DNA from: Mageeibacillus sp. UBA5747
GTDB taxonomy: Bacteria; Bacillota; Clostridia; Saccharofermentanales; UBA5734
DNA: 57,933 nt
NCBI GenBank assembly: GCA_002419145.1
Contig: DIFN01000035.1
Location: 1-57,933 of the forward strand
Reading direction: 5' to 3'
Part shown: positions 29,324 through 38,508 of the stretch, piece by piece
Position numbering within the stretch: position 1 is the stretch's first letter
Layout: each line of letters begins with the position of its first letter
Notes under the pieces: model-generated
What the model saw: only the letters and a program-made list of their open reading frames with translations
What the model was told of the DNA's origin: nothing
The model's database searches: none
Translations under genes and position numbers: made by a program

Positions 29324-31002
29324 CGGGATTCCTCAGCCATCCAGCCACGGATGATATTGGCTGCCAGTTCCGGATTCTCCCGGACATAACGTTCTGCAAC
29401 TGCTTTGTCATCGGTCAGATGCATGGTGTGATCTGGTTCCAGGCTGACCGAAAAATGGGAGTCGACCTGTTTTTCTGTCCGCTGGTTCGGATTGAGTGAC
29501 GGGAACATCTCATACACTTCATCAGTCTTATCCAGTTTGACCCGCTTGGCATTGGACCCCATCTTCTTTTCCTTGTGCCCTGCAGCGGTCTGGCTTTTTG
29601 CTCTGGCCGGCTTTTCTTTGCGGAAAATGCTGGCAATCAGACCCAGGATAACCAGCGCGACCAGCAAGGCTGCGCCCATCATCACAAAAAACTGGGTTTG
29701 CTGCCATTTTTGGGCCTGCTGCTCAATCAGGTTGTACGATGTCCAGCTGTCGGTCATGGAGCTCTGGCCATTGAAGGGCAGCGCCGTAACCTGGATCGAG
29801 GTCGCCGGCACACCAACAGCACTGGCAATCATGTTCGCCACATCCTGTGAATAATCGATGCCCTGGATGGCGTTCTGGTCCAGAACAACCGACACACTCA
29901 AGTCTGCAAGGGTGCCCTTGGCCTTGACCAGGCTTTCCTTGATCGAAGACACTTCATAGCTGATTCGTTCGGAATTTTTCTCATAGGCGGTGCTATCAGC
30001 TGCTGCAACAGGATACACTGGGGCTGCTGCTCCATTGGCATCCGCACCGGCTGCCTGGTTAGCTGCATCGGCCTGGCTGGCACTGTCCAGGATCTTCTCA
30101 ATCGACTTGATCACACCGGTATTGTCTGCTGAAGCAGGTTCAAACGTCATGCTTTCCACAACTTGTTCATCAAAATTGAGTCGGACACTGACCTCAGCCA
30201 GGACTTGTTCCATTCCAAAAACGGGCTGCAACAAGGCCAGGACCTGCTTTTTCAGGCGTTCTTCCACCTGCTGTTCCAGTCCAATCTGATCTGCAGTCAG
30301 CATCTGTCCCTCGTCTTGATCCACGGAAAGGACATTCATGTTACTGTCGATGATCGTGATTCCCTCGGGCAACATGCCTGGAACACTTTTCTCAATCAAG
30401 GACGCAATGGCCTGGACGTTGGTGGCATCGAGCACAGTCCCTGGGCGCAAGGTCAAAAGCACCGCGGCCGTGGCCGGATCAGCCTGATTTTCAATGAGAA
30501 AGCTGCTTTTTTCCGGAATGTTTAGGGAAACCCGGGCTTTGACCACACTGTCAAAGGTTTCGATCGCGTTTTCCAAATCTTTCTGCAGCTGATAGCGGCG
30601 ATAGATCTGCTTGTCAGACTCTGTCATGCCAAAGCCTGTGCCTTGCTGGAGGATATCGAGGGTTTCGCCATCCTGGGGGAAGCCCTCCGCGGCCAGATCC
30701 ATGCGCAGGGCATCGACCTGGTCCTTGGGTACAAGAATGGTATCTGTTCCTTTAGGCTTGGCTTCGATTTTGCGTTCTTCCAGCTGTTGTAAAATGACCC
30801 CGGCTTCCGATGCAGTCAAGCCTGAATAGAGCACAGCATATTGGGTCTGGTTCAAGATCCAAACCATGATCCCAGACACCAGCAGCAGCAAAACCACCAG
30901 GAGCACCAGCAGCTTGCGGCGTGCAGCCGACAAATTCCGCCAGAACTCGCTGATTGGCTTGAACAGACCCGATATGAATTTTGGCACAGTTGTTGTACTC
31001 AT
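29320..31002 (-). CDS. fliF: MS-ring protein FliF
   Basis: Two TMs, YAVLYSGL, GFGMTESDKQIYRRYQLQKDLENAI, ARVSLNIPEKS. Confidence 0.96.
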   Translation of the reverse strand: MSTTTVPKFISGLFKPISEFWRNLSAARRKLLVLLVVLLLLVSGIMVWILNQTQYAVLYSGLTASEAGVILQQLEERKIEAKPKGTDTILVPKDQVDALRMDLAAEGFPQDGETLDILQQGTGFGMTESDKQIYRRYQLQKDLENAIETFDSVVKARVSLNIPEKSSFLIENQADPATAAVLLTLRPGTVLDATNVQAIASLIEKSVPGMLPEGITIIDSNMNVLSVDQDEGQMLTADQIGLEQQVEERLKKQVLALLQPVFGMEQVLAEVSVRLNFDEQVVESMTFEPASADNTGVIKSIEKILDSASQADAANQAAGADANGAAAPVYPVAAADSTAYEKNSERISYEVSSIKESLVKAKGTLADLSVSVVLDQNAIQGIDYSQDVANMIASAVGVPATSIQVTALPFNGQSSMTDSWTSYNLIEQQAQKWQQTQFFVMMGAALLVALVILGLIASIFRKEKPARAKSQTAAGHKEKKMGSNAKRVKLDKTDEVYEMFPSLNPNQRTEKQVDSHFSVSLEPDHTMHLTDDKAVAERYVRENPELAANIIRGWMAEESR

Positions 31003-31017
31003 TCGTCTGGCAGATCC

Positions 31018-31314
31018 TTACAGTTGCATACGCATGATTTCGTTGTAGGCATCCAAGGCTTTGTTGCGGATCTGCACGGTCATTTGCAGAGCAAGATCAG
31101 CTTTTTCCGCCGCCAAGACCACTTGGTGGACCGAAGTAGCCTGACCCGTCAACAGGCCGATGCTCTCTGCCTGAGCGGCAGCCTGAGCTTCCCGGGCTGG
31201 CTGCAGTGCCTGGCCTAGCCAGCTGGAAAAATCACTGGCAGGATCCTGAACACGCTCGATGGATGGCGCTGCGGCAGACTGGAGTGCGGAAACTGACGAA
31301 AGTGCTTGTACCAT
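31018..31314 (-). CDS. fliE: FliE
   Basis: VHQVVLAAEKADLALQMTVQIRNKALDAYNEIMRMQL. Confidence 0.96.
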   Translation of the reverse strand: MVQALSSVSALQSAAAPSIERVQDPASDFSSWLGQALQPAREAQAAAQAESIGLLTGQATSVHQVVLAAEKADLALQMTVQIRNKALDAYNEIMRMQL

Positions 31315-31323
31315 GACTATCTC

Positions 31324-31764
31324 TTACCTTCCCATATCCAATGCTTTGAGGGCCATGCGTTTGGACGCATTCATAACGGTGATATTCGCTTCATAGGCTC
31401 TGGTCGCAGCGATCATGTCGACATATTCCCGGGCTATATCCACATTGGGCAACTGGACATAGCCGTTTTCGCCGGCGTCCGGATGAGACGGGTCGAACAC
31501 CATCTGAAAGGGTGTCTGGTCTGCCTCTGTGGCCGAAACAACAACCCCGCTGGCTGTTGACTGGCCGCTGTGCTCCAGTTGGCTCAGTCGTTCCGCAAAG
31601 CTGGGTTCCTGCTGTGCCAGGACCACGGATTTTCTCTGGTACGGTCCGCCTTCAGCGGTCCGTGTTGTCTCGGCATTGGCGACATTCTGGGCGATGACAT
31701 CCATGCGCAGGCTTTGGGCGGTCAGTCCGGAAGCGCTGATCTCCAGGGTTTTGAACAGGTTCAT
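31324..31764 (-). CDS. flgC: Rod protein FlgC
   Basis: ISASGLTAQSLRMDVIAQNVANAET..GGPYQRK, FDPSHPDA, ATRAYEAN. Confidence 0.97.
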   Translation of the reverse strand: MNLFKTLEISASGLTAQSLRMDVIAQNVANAETTRTAEGGPYQRKSVVLAQQEPSFAERLSQLEHSGQSTASGVVVSATEADQTPFQMVFDPSHPDAGENGYVQLPNVDIAREYVDMIAATRAYEANITVMNASKRMALKALDMGR

Positions 31765-31767
31765 GGC

Positions 31768-32187
31768 TTATTTCCCCTCATTGAGGATCATTTTGATCCG
31801 GCCTAGTTCCTTGGAAACGGCATATGTCAGGGTATCGTAAAGGATCGAATTCTCGGCCAGATCGGTCATTTCCCGGTCAAGATCCACCGTATTGCCATCG
31901 AGTTTTTGGGAGATTGCCTGGTTTTCGGATATCTTTGCTTTCAGGTCATCCAGATCGAGTGTGCGGCTCAAGGCAGAGCCAAAAGAGCTGTCCGTCCTGT
32001 CAGCTGCAAAAAGACCCCCTGTCTGCAGCACCTGGCTGAAAACAGATTCAAAATCAACCGTCTTGCTTTTGTATCCGGGGGTATCGGCATTGGCAATGTT
32101 GGCAGCCAGGACCTCGTTTTTAGTCCAGACAGCATCAAGTCCCTTTTCCAGAATCGAGGTGTTCAGCGTCAGTCGTTCCAGCATCAT
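31768..32187 (-). CDS. flgB: Rod protein FlgB
   Basis: EVLAANIANADTPGYKSKTVDF, DGNTVDLDREM; start moved to MMLERL after GTGAGG. Confidence 0.96.
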   Translation of the reverse strand: MMLERLTLNTSILEKGLDAVWTKNEVLAANIANADTPGYKSKTVDFESVFSQVLQTGGLFAADRTDSSFGSALSRTLDLDDLKAKISENQAISQKLDGNTVDLDREMTDLAENSILYDTLTYAVSKELGRIKMILNEGK

Positions 32188-32368
32188 TTTCCTCACATCT
32201 CTGGATCCAGCAACTTTCCAAGGAGCTGAATCCTGTTCAAAAAATGACGTCCCTGTCGGCACATTCGCATCCATGCGATGGTTTCACGCGCGCAAAAATT
32301 GACAGCTCTTTCGAGCATTCTTTCATTTTTTATTCAATTGTCCGATCAGCTGATTTGCAGTGGCTGGG

Positions 32369-32397
32369 AAAAGAAAAAGGCTCCTTGCGGCGCCCTC
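32369..32397 (-). terminator. Intrinsic terminator (riboswitch expression platform)
   Basis: GAGGGCGCC-GCAA-GGAGCCUUU stem (one mismatch, GNRA loop) followed by UUCUUUU, about 35 nt 3' of the aptamer. Confidence 0.8.
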
Positions 32398-32433
32398 CGT
32401 ACACTGAACAATGCAGAAATAGATCTCTGCATG

Positions 32434-32518
32434 AACCGGTAACTGGCTGCCATGGAATTGCTTCTTTAGGCCCTAAGCTTTGCGTAACAGGTTTTCACCT
32501 GCTCTGCCTTGATCGGTT
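32434..32518 (-). ncRNA. c-di-GMP-I (GEMM) riboswitch aptamer
   Basis: AACCGAUCAA-GGCAGA-GCAGGU-GAAA-ACCUGU-U-ACGCAAAGCUUAGGGCCUAA...CAUGGCAGCCAGUUAC-CGGUU. P1 AACCG/CGGUU, GAAA tetraloop and CCUAA..AUGG receptor are present, as are the G20 (32508), A47 (32481) and C92 (32439) equivalents in Vc2 numbering. Confidence 0.95.
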
Positions 32519-32544
32519 TGTAATTATTGATAGCATTTACGGTA

Positions 32545-32573
32545 ATTATATGGAGGTTCTGTTAAGCTGTCAA
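32545..32573 (-). promoter_or_regulatory. Sigma-A promoter of the flgB operon
   Basis: Perfect TTGACA(32573-32568)-N17-TATAAT(32550-32545), about 25 nt 5' of the aptamer. Confidence 0.92.
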
Positions 32574-32602
32574 TCGGATCCAGATTAAAAATCACACTCT
32601 TT

Positions 32603-32650
32603 TTGTCATTTTTGTAAACATCCTTGATCCATATTGCGCAAAAATGACAA
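32603..32650. repeat. 12-bp perfect inverted repeat with a 24-bp spacer (candidate operator)
   Basis: TTGTCATTTTTG (32603-32614) and CAAAAATGACAA (32639-32650). Confidence 0.6.
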
Positions 32651-32871
32651 GGCAGTTTATAAAACCGTTGCCCGGACAACATGAATAAAGAAATCTCGTT
32701 TTAGTTTTTATATATGATCTATTTTGACAAAGCATCTGTGGCCTCGGTCCAATTGCACAAATGTTCAAAATGAAAGTTTAATAATGAGATTATTCATTTT
32801 AAGCCAACCTGCGTTTCCCGACCCATATGCCAAAATATGATGTCTGATCAAGCTCCGCTTGCAAGATGAAT

Positions 32872-33909
32872 TCAACAGATCCGCGGCAGTCCTTCATACC
32901 AGGGCGTCGTCAGAAGACGACGGCCACCGATTTGGGTTCGCAGCACGATCCCTTTGTCTGACGTGATCTGGCCGATTTGAATGGCACCGGCAGATTCAGG
33001 AAATTGATTCAGGCTGTTTAGGGCCGCTGTTGCAGCTTCCTGAGCCACAATCGCAACAAATTTCCCTTCATTGGCCATGTTCAGAGGATCAAGGCCTAGT
33101 ACGGCGCAGAGTGCTTGCGTTTCATGGTGCACAGGGATAGCCGCCTCATCTAATTCTGCGCCGCAGTCTGATGACTGAACCAGCTCATTCAACACGGTTG
33201 CCAACCCCCCGCGCGTGATGTCCCGCAGACAATGCACCGGCAGACCTTGGTCCAGTAAAGCACGCACAGGGCGGTGCAAGGGCGTGACATCGCTCAGGAT
33301 CGCATTGTGAACGCCCATCCTCTGGCTCATGATGCAGGCCTGATGATCACCAAGCGGTCCTGAAACCAGAATAGCATCCCCCGGCCTGGCCTGGTCTGCT
33401 CCAAGGGGATTTTGACAATCCACAACGCCAAGGCCGGTGGTGTTGATCATCATGCCACCTTTGCCTTCCACAACTTTAGTGTCTGCCGCGACCAGCTCAA
33501 TTCCTGTCTGAGCAGCAACCTGGGCCATGCTATCGACGATTCGTTCGAGATCGGCGATCAGCAAACCTTCTTCGAGAATAAAGCCAGCTGTCAGGTAACG
33601 AGGCCGAGCCCCCATCATCAGAAGGTCATTGACCGTGCCGGAGATGGCCAGGCGACCGATATCACCACCCGGAAAAAACAACGGAGAGATAACGAAACTG
33701 TCCGTTGTCAGCGCCAGATGCTCATGCTGGAGCAAATCTGATTTAGAATGACTCATTCCGGACCAAAGATCTGTTATGGAGAAAACAGCGGCATCTTCCT
33801 GCCGGCGTAAATATCGATTGCCAAGTCTGCTCGTAAATACCGACTGGATCAGCTGGGCGGTAGCCCCGCCACCGCCGCCGTGGCTTAATTGGATGACTGT
33901 ATCAGGCAT
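32872..33909 (-). CDS. hypE: Hydrogenase maturation protein HypE
   Basis: IQLSHGGGG, TTDSFVISPLFFPGGDIGRLAISGTVNDL, DITRGGLA, C-terminal LPRIC. Confidence 0.98.
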   Translation of the reverse strand: MPDTVIQLSHGGGGGATAQLIQSVFTSRLGNRYLRRQEDAAVFSITDLWSGMSHSKSDLLQHEHLALTTDSFVISPLFFPGGDIGRLAISGTVNDLLMMGARPRYLTAGFILEEGLLIADLERIVDSMAQVAAQTGIELVAADTKVVEGKGGMMINTTGLGVVDCQNPLGADQARPGDAILVSGPLGDHQACIMSQRMGVHNAILSDVTPLHRPVRALLDQGLPVHCLRDITRGGLATVLNELVQSSDCGAELDEAAIPVHHETQALCAVLGLDPLNMANEGKFVAIVAQEAATAALNSLNQFPESAGAIQIGQITSDKGIVLRTQIGGRRLLTTPWYEGLPRIC

Positions 33910-33927
33910 ATTCTCAGATCCTCCCGC

Positions 33928-35040
33928 CTAAAGCGCCTGGTTTGCCAGATACCGGAAATGGATTCCGCAGGCGCCTTCTGTAGAAACCATACACGGACCA
34001 ACTGGATTTTCCGGCCGACAGGTCCGACCGAACAGTGGGCAGTCCTCGGGTTCGAGCTTGCCGAGCATCAGCTCACCACAGCGGCAGCCGGGCAGCTCCT
34101 CATCTTCAATGGCCGCAGCCGGTCCGGCATCGAAAGCCGCATAGGGTCCCCTGAGGCGGTAGCCTGATTCCGGCAGAACACCCAGACCGCGCCAGGCCGC
34201 AGACTCGTATTCGAAAACTTCAGTCAGGACGGCCTGAGCTTTCTGGTTTCCGTCCGGCCGCACAATCGCTGGATATGCATTCTCCACCACACCTCGCGCA
34301 GGCATTTCACGGCGGCAAAGCTGGACCAGACGGGCGATCGCGCCGAGAACATCCTCAGCTTTAAAGCCGGCAACGACAAACGGTTTGCAGTAGGTCAAGG
34401 CATAGGATTCATAAGCCCGGCTGCCGATGATTGCACTGACATGGCCTGGCGCCAGAAAGCCATCGATGCCGGACTCAGGTGAGCAGAGCAGGTCAAGGGC
34501 CGGCGGCATGCGCCGCAGAGCAGTCAGCAGGCGCAAATTACCGATTGAGGCCTGGAGGGCTCGTTTGACCAGCAGGGCATAGGAAGGCGCGGTCGTCTCA
34601 AAGCCTACGGCGGCCAGCACGATGGTCTGTTCAGGATGCGTCCGGCAAATCTCGAGGGCATCGAGTGGTGAGTAAATCATCCGGACCTGGCCACCCCTGG
34701 CCATGGCCTGGCCCAGGCTGCCCCTGTGGCCCGGCACCCGGATCAGGTCACCAAAACACAAGACCAGGTGGCCGGGTTGCTGAGCCAAGTCACATAATTG
34801 GTCGATGTAGGCGGATGGAGTCACGCAGACTGGACAGCCGGGGCCGGATACCAGCCGGATCTGCGGCGGCAGCAGGGAGCGTAAGCCACTCTGGGCAATG
34901 GCTGCCGTATGCGTACCGCAGACCTCCATCAAGTTCAGGCGAGGTCCTTGGTCCTTTTCCAGTATGGCCCTGGCCTCGGCAATCGAGCGGGGGGCTTTGG
35001 CTGGCGCGGCCTGACCAGCCTTCTGGTCTCCCGGGCTCAT
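33928..35040 (-). CDS. hypD: HypD
   Basis: MEVCGTHT, GPGCPVCVTP, GFETTAP, PGHVS, GPCMVSTEGAC. Confidence 0.98.
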   Translation of the reverse strand: MSPGDQKAGQAAPAKAPRSIAEARAILEKDQGPRLNLMEVCGTHTAAIAQSGLRSLLPPQIRLVSGPGCPVCVTPSAYIDQLCDLAQQPGHLVLCFGDLIRVPGHRGSLGQAMARGGQVRMIYSPLDALEICRTHPEQTIVLAAVGFETTAPSYALLVKRALQASIGNLRLLTALRRMPPALDLLCSPESGIDGFLAPGHVSAIIGSRAYESYALTYCKPFVVAGFKAEDVLGAIARLVQLCRREMPARGVVENAYPAIVRPDGNQKAQAVLTEVFEYESAAWRGLGVLPESGYRLRGPYAAFDAGPAAAIEDEELPGCRCGELMLGKLEPEDCPLFGRTCRPENPVGPCMVSTEGACGIHFRYLANQAL

Positions 35041-35249
35041 GGTCCCAGCTCCGCCAGGATTTCAAAAATATCGGCTGCCATGGCCGGATCGATCCGTTCC
35101 ACCGCACAGCCAGCATGGATCAGCACATAGTCGCCGACGGTGGCAGCGACCAGCCCCATTTCCACGGTCATCTGGTTGCCATTGTATTCGGCCACTGCGA
35201 GGTGGTCTTCTTTCAGTTGTTTGATCCGGGCAGGTATGGCCAGGCACAT
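35037..35249 (-). CDS. hypC: HypC
   Basis: MCLAIPA.., VGDYVLIHAGCA. Confidence 0.97.
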   Translation of the reverse strand: MCLAIPARIKQLKEDHLAVAEYNGNQMTVEMGLVAATVGDYVLIHAGCAVERIDPAMAADIFEILAELGP

Positions 35250-35251
35250 GT

Positions 35252-37693
35252 TCACGGTTCCTTTCCAGTCAAAAGCCCCAGCCAGGCTTGGCCGAGACAG
35301 ATACCGCCATCATGGGGCGGCACTTGTTCATTCCAGTACAGCTTGAATCCTTGAGGGGGCAAGTGTCGATCGAGCAGGGTCACCAGCAGGCCATTCTGGA
35401 AAACACCACCAGAAAGCGCCAGCCGGGTGATGCCAGTCTCATCTCGGATGGTGCAGGCAACCGTTGCGATCACATCGACCAGAGCCTGATGGAAGCCCAA
35501 GGCCAGCCGGGCCATGGTTTCTTCGTCGCGCCTTTGCTGCAGCACTCGGACCAACTCCCGGAAAACAGGGGCGGGATCGATCCTGATCAGAGTGTCCCTG
35601 CCCTGTCCCTTGGATCCGCCCGCCAGGTCAAAAGCCAGCGGCCAGGCCGCCCAGCCCTTTGCCCAGGCCTTTTGAGCCTGCCATTCGAGCAGGCTGCCGC
35701 ATTCACCCTCGTAATGGTTGACGAGTGCCAGGCCTAGGCAGGCGCAAACCGCATCAAACAGGCGCCCGGTGCTGCTATTAGGCATGGTGTTGATACCGGA
35801 TCGGATTGCAGTCCGGACGAGCTCAAAACTGACGCGGCTTACCTCTTGTCTGACTTCATCAGTCCGGGACTCGGCCAGCAGCCAGTCTGGGCTGTCCAGG
35901 CCTGCCGCCTCGAGATAGCCAGCCAGGCTGCGCCAGGCATCGCGCATGCCGCTGTCGCCGCCCGGCAGAGGAACCGGGCTGAAATGAGCCACCCGCCGGT
36001 AGGACCGGTCCTCACACAGCAGGAATTCTCCACCCCAGACTGTGCCGTCGGTACCGAATCCGGTACCGTCAAAGGCAATCCCGAGAACAGGGTCCTCGAG
36101 ATGATGCTCAGCCAGGACAGAAGCAATATGGGCGTGGTGGTGCTGGATCCTGTGGATTTTTCCGTCTGCAGACACCCATGGGGCAGCCTGGCCGCTGATG
36201 TAGCCCGGATGCAGATCAATCATGATCCGGTCGGGCTTTTGCCCCAGCAGATGGCCCAAGTGATTCAGCTGGTCCTGCCAGGCGTGCTGGATATCAAGCA
36301 CGGAGAGGTCGCCTGCCGGTTGCGTTGGCCAGGCAAATCCAGCCGTGGCGAAAGCAGCAGTTGCCTTGAGATCACCGCCCAGGGCCAGCACCGTCAGGTC
36401 GTTCCCTGTCGGTCCGGCCGATGTCTTACTTGCGATATCGATGGCCAGTGGCACATAGCCCCGCGCCCGGCGCAGCAGCTGCAGCCGGCCGGTCCAGCGC
36501 ACAACCGAGTCATCGAGCCCGGTCAGGATCAGCCGATCGTGAGTCAGAAGACCCGCCAGCAAGGGCTGTTGCCGGGCGAAAGCCAGCATCGCAGCATCCT
36601 CAAAAATCAGCTGATCGCCAGTCCGGTTGGCACTGGTCATGACCAAGGGGCCGCAGGCCCGTGCCAGCAGGGCCTGGATCGGGGTCGAAGGCAGCAGGGC
36701 GCCGAGAAATGGGCTGCTCCTGGCAGTTGATGGAGCCAGGTCTTGCGCCGGCTGGCCTGGCATCTGGTCTGGTTCAGGCCTCTGGCCTTGTCGCCGAGGT
36801 CGCACCAGGACAACAGGGCGTTCCTGGCCCTGCAGCAAACGAGCTTCCGGCTCTGAAATCTCCGCATAGGTCGACAAGGCGGCAAGATCCGCAAATAGGA
36901 CCGCGAACGGCTTTTGCTCGCGACCTTTTATCTGCCGGCAGACAGCGACAGCAGTCTCCCGGGTCGCCGCGCAGACCAGGTGAAAGCCGCTGTTGGCCTT
37001 GACGGCTATCACTTCGCCGCGCTGGATGGCTTGGATCGCCTGTTGGAGCGGATTCCCGCCTGCTTGTCCAGCGGATGCCTGCGCAGGCTCGTTTGCCGTT
37101 GGACCATCCAGGGCCACACGATCCAGATAGGACAGGACAGGACCGCACTCGGGACAGGCAATGGTCTGGGCATGATAACGCCGGTCGGTTTCAGTCCTGT
37201 ATTCGGCAGCACAGGCCGAACAGAGTGGGAATCCAGCCATGGTAGTCTGTTCCCGGTCATACGGCAGCCGTTCCAGGATGCTGTAGCGCGGCCCGCAGTG
37301 CATGCAGCTGATGAAAGGATGGTCCTGGCGGCGGTTCGTATCGGATCGCAGTTCCTCTGCGCAGGCATCACACATAGCCAGGTCTGGAGCCGGAAAGCAA
37401 AGACCATCCTCTGCGCAACTGGCAGCAATGGCAAAGCCCGCTTGCGTCCACGCCGCCATATTTTCCCGTGTCACTCGGATGAAGACGGCCGGTTGCGGCT
37501 TTTCTGCCACCAACCGGCTGGCAAAACGGTCCAGCTCAGCCGCAGGGCCGCTGACCACAATTTCCACATGACCACCCGCATTGAGGACTTGGCCAGAAAG
37601 GCCGAGGCTTCTGGCCAGGCGGGCGACAAAAGGCCGCATCCCCACCCCTTGGACGATACCCCAGATTCGGATGCGTTCCGTTTTCATGCCCAT
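35252..37693 (-). CDS. hypF: Carbamoyltransferase HypF
   Basis: GIVQGVGMRPF acylphosphatase domain, Zn fingers CDAC/CMHCGPRY/CSAC/CPECGP, HHHAH, FDGTGFGTDGTVWGGE, SSTGRLFD, PPHDGGICLGQ. Confidence 0.98.
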   Translation of the reverse strand: MGMKTERIRIWGIVQGVGMRPFVARLARSLGLSGQVLNAGGHVEIVVSGPAAELDRFASRLVAEKPQPAVFIRVTRENMAAWTQAGFAIAASCAEDGLCFPAPDLAMCDACAEELRSDTNRRQDHPFISCMHCGPRYSILERLPYDREQTTMAGFPLCSACAAEYRTETDRRYHAQTIACPECGPVLSYLDRVALDGPTANEPAQASAGQAGGNPLQQAIQAIQRGEVIAVKANSGFHLVCAATRETAVAVCRQIKGREQKPFAVLFADLAALSTYAEISEPEARLLQGQERPVVLVRPRRQGQRPEPDQMPGQPAQDLAPSTARSSPFLGALLPSTPIQALLARACGPLVMTSANRTGDQLIFEDAAMLAFARQQPLLAGLLTHDRLILTGLDDSVVRWTGRLQLLRRARGYVPLAIDIASKTSAGPTGNDLTVLALGGDLKATAAFATAGFAWPTQPAGDLSVLDIQHAWQDQLNHLGHLLGQKPDRIMIDLHPGYISGQAAPWVSADGKIHRIQHHHAHIASVLAEHHLEDPVLGIAFDGTGFGTDGTVWGGEFLLCEDRSYRRVAHFSPVPLPGGDSGMRDAWRSLAGYLEAAGLDSPDWLLAESRTDEVRQEVSRVSFELVRTAIRSGINTMPNSSTGRLFDAVCACLGLALVNHYEGECGSLLEWQAQKAWAKGWAAWPLAFDLAGGSKGQGRDTLIRIDPAPVFRELVRVLQQRRDEETMARLALGFHQALVDVIATVACTIRDETGITRLALSGGVFQNGLLVTLLDRHLPPQGFKLYWNEQVPPHDGGICLGQAWLGLLTGKEP

Positions 37694-38508
37694 CAAGGCA
37701 ACAATAGGTCAGCCCGCTGCCGGATCCATTCCGCCACCGGTTCAAAGCCCATCCTGTTGCGGGCACTGACCTCAAGCACAGGCGCCGTCGGATTGAGTGC
37801 CCGGACCCCAGCCATGAAAAACGCCCGGTCAAAATCGACATATGGCAGCAGATCGGCCTTGTTGATCAGGATCAGGTCGGCTTTTTCAAAGGCCAGGGGG
37901 TATTTGTAGGGTTTGTCGCTGCCATCCGTGGTCGTGACGATCAAAAGCTTGACATGTTCGCCAATGACCATTTCCGCCGGACAGACCAGATTGCCAATAT
38001 TTTCAATCAGCATCAGGCCGGGACCGCAAAAATCGAAGTCAGACATGACCTGGTCGATCTGATGCGATTCGAGATGACAGGCACCATGCGTATTGATTTG
38101 CAGAGTTTCCACACCGAGCTGACGCAAGGTCCGGGTGTCGATATCGGACTCAATGTCCCCCTCGACAACATAATGGTGCCAATCCGGCAAGTGCTCCGTC
38201 AGGGCAATGATGGTAGAGGTTTTGCCAACACCGGGGGCTCCCATGACATTGACGCTCAGGATGCCGGACTGGGTCAGGCGATCCTGCGTGGCTTGGGCCA
38301 GACGGTCATTTTCGGCATAGATCGATGCCATGACCTGGATTTTATCGGCCGGCACATAGCCGGAGACATCACGAGTGCCATCCAGGGCAACAGGATCAGG
38401 ATCCATTTCCGGGCCATGGCGATGATCCGGATCATGGTCGAGTCCATGGCCACGATGGCCACGGAGTGGAAAGGGCAGGATTTGTCTCAAAGCTTTAGAT
38501 TGGAACAT
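37693..38508 (-). CDS. hypB: Nickel GTPase HypB with His-rich N-terminus
   Basis: MGAPGVGKTS, EGDIES, GACHL, ENIGNLVCP, KPYKYP, INKADL. Confidence 0.97.
   Translation of the reverse strand: MFQSKALRQILPFPLRGHRGHGLDHDPDHRHGPEMDPDPVALDGTRDVSGYVPADKIQVMASIYAENDRLAQATQDRLTQSGILSVNVMGAPGVGKTSTIIALTEHLPDWHHYVVEGDIESDIDTRTLRQLGVETLQINTHGACHLESHQIDQVMSDFDFCGPGLMLIENIGNLVCPAEMVIGEHVKLLIVTTTDGSDKPYKYPLAFEKADLILINKADLLPYVDFDRAFFMAGVRALNPTAPVLEVSARNRMGFEPVAEWIRQRADLLLP

Noticed and set aside
32508-32508. Possibility that the GEMM aptamer is the 3',3'-cGAMP-sensing variant
   Set aside because: The position-20 equivalent is G rather than A, which fits c-di-GMP.
32603-32650. Inverted repeat as a C. difficile-like invertible flagellar switch
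   Set aside because: Only 24 bp lie between the arms, it is upstream of the promoter, and no recombinase is in the window; an operator is more plausible.
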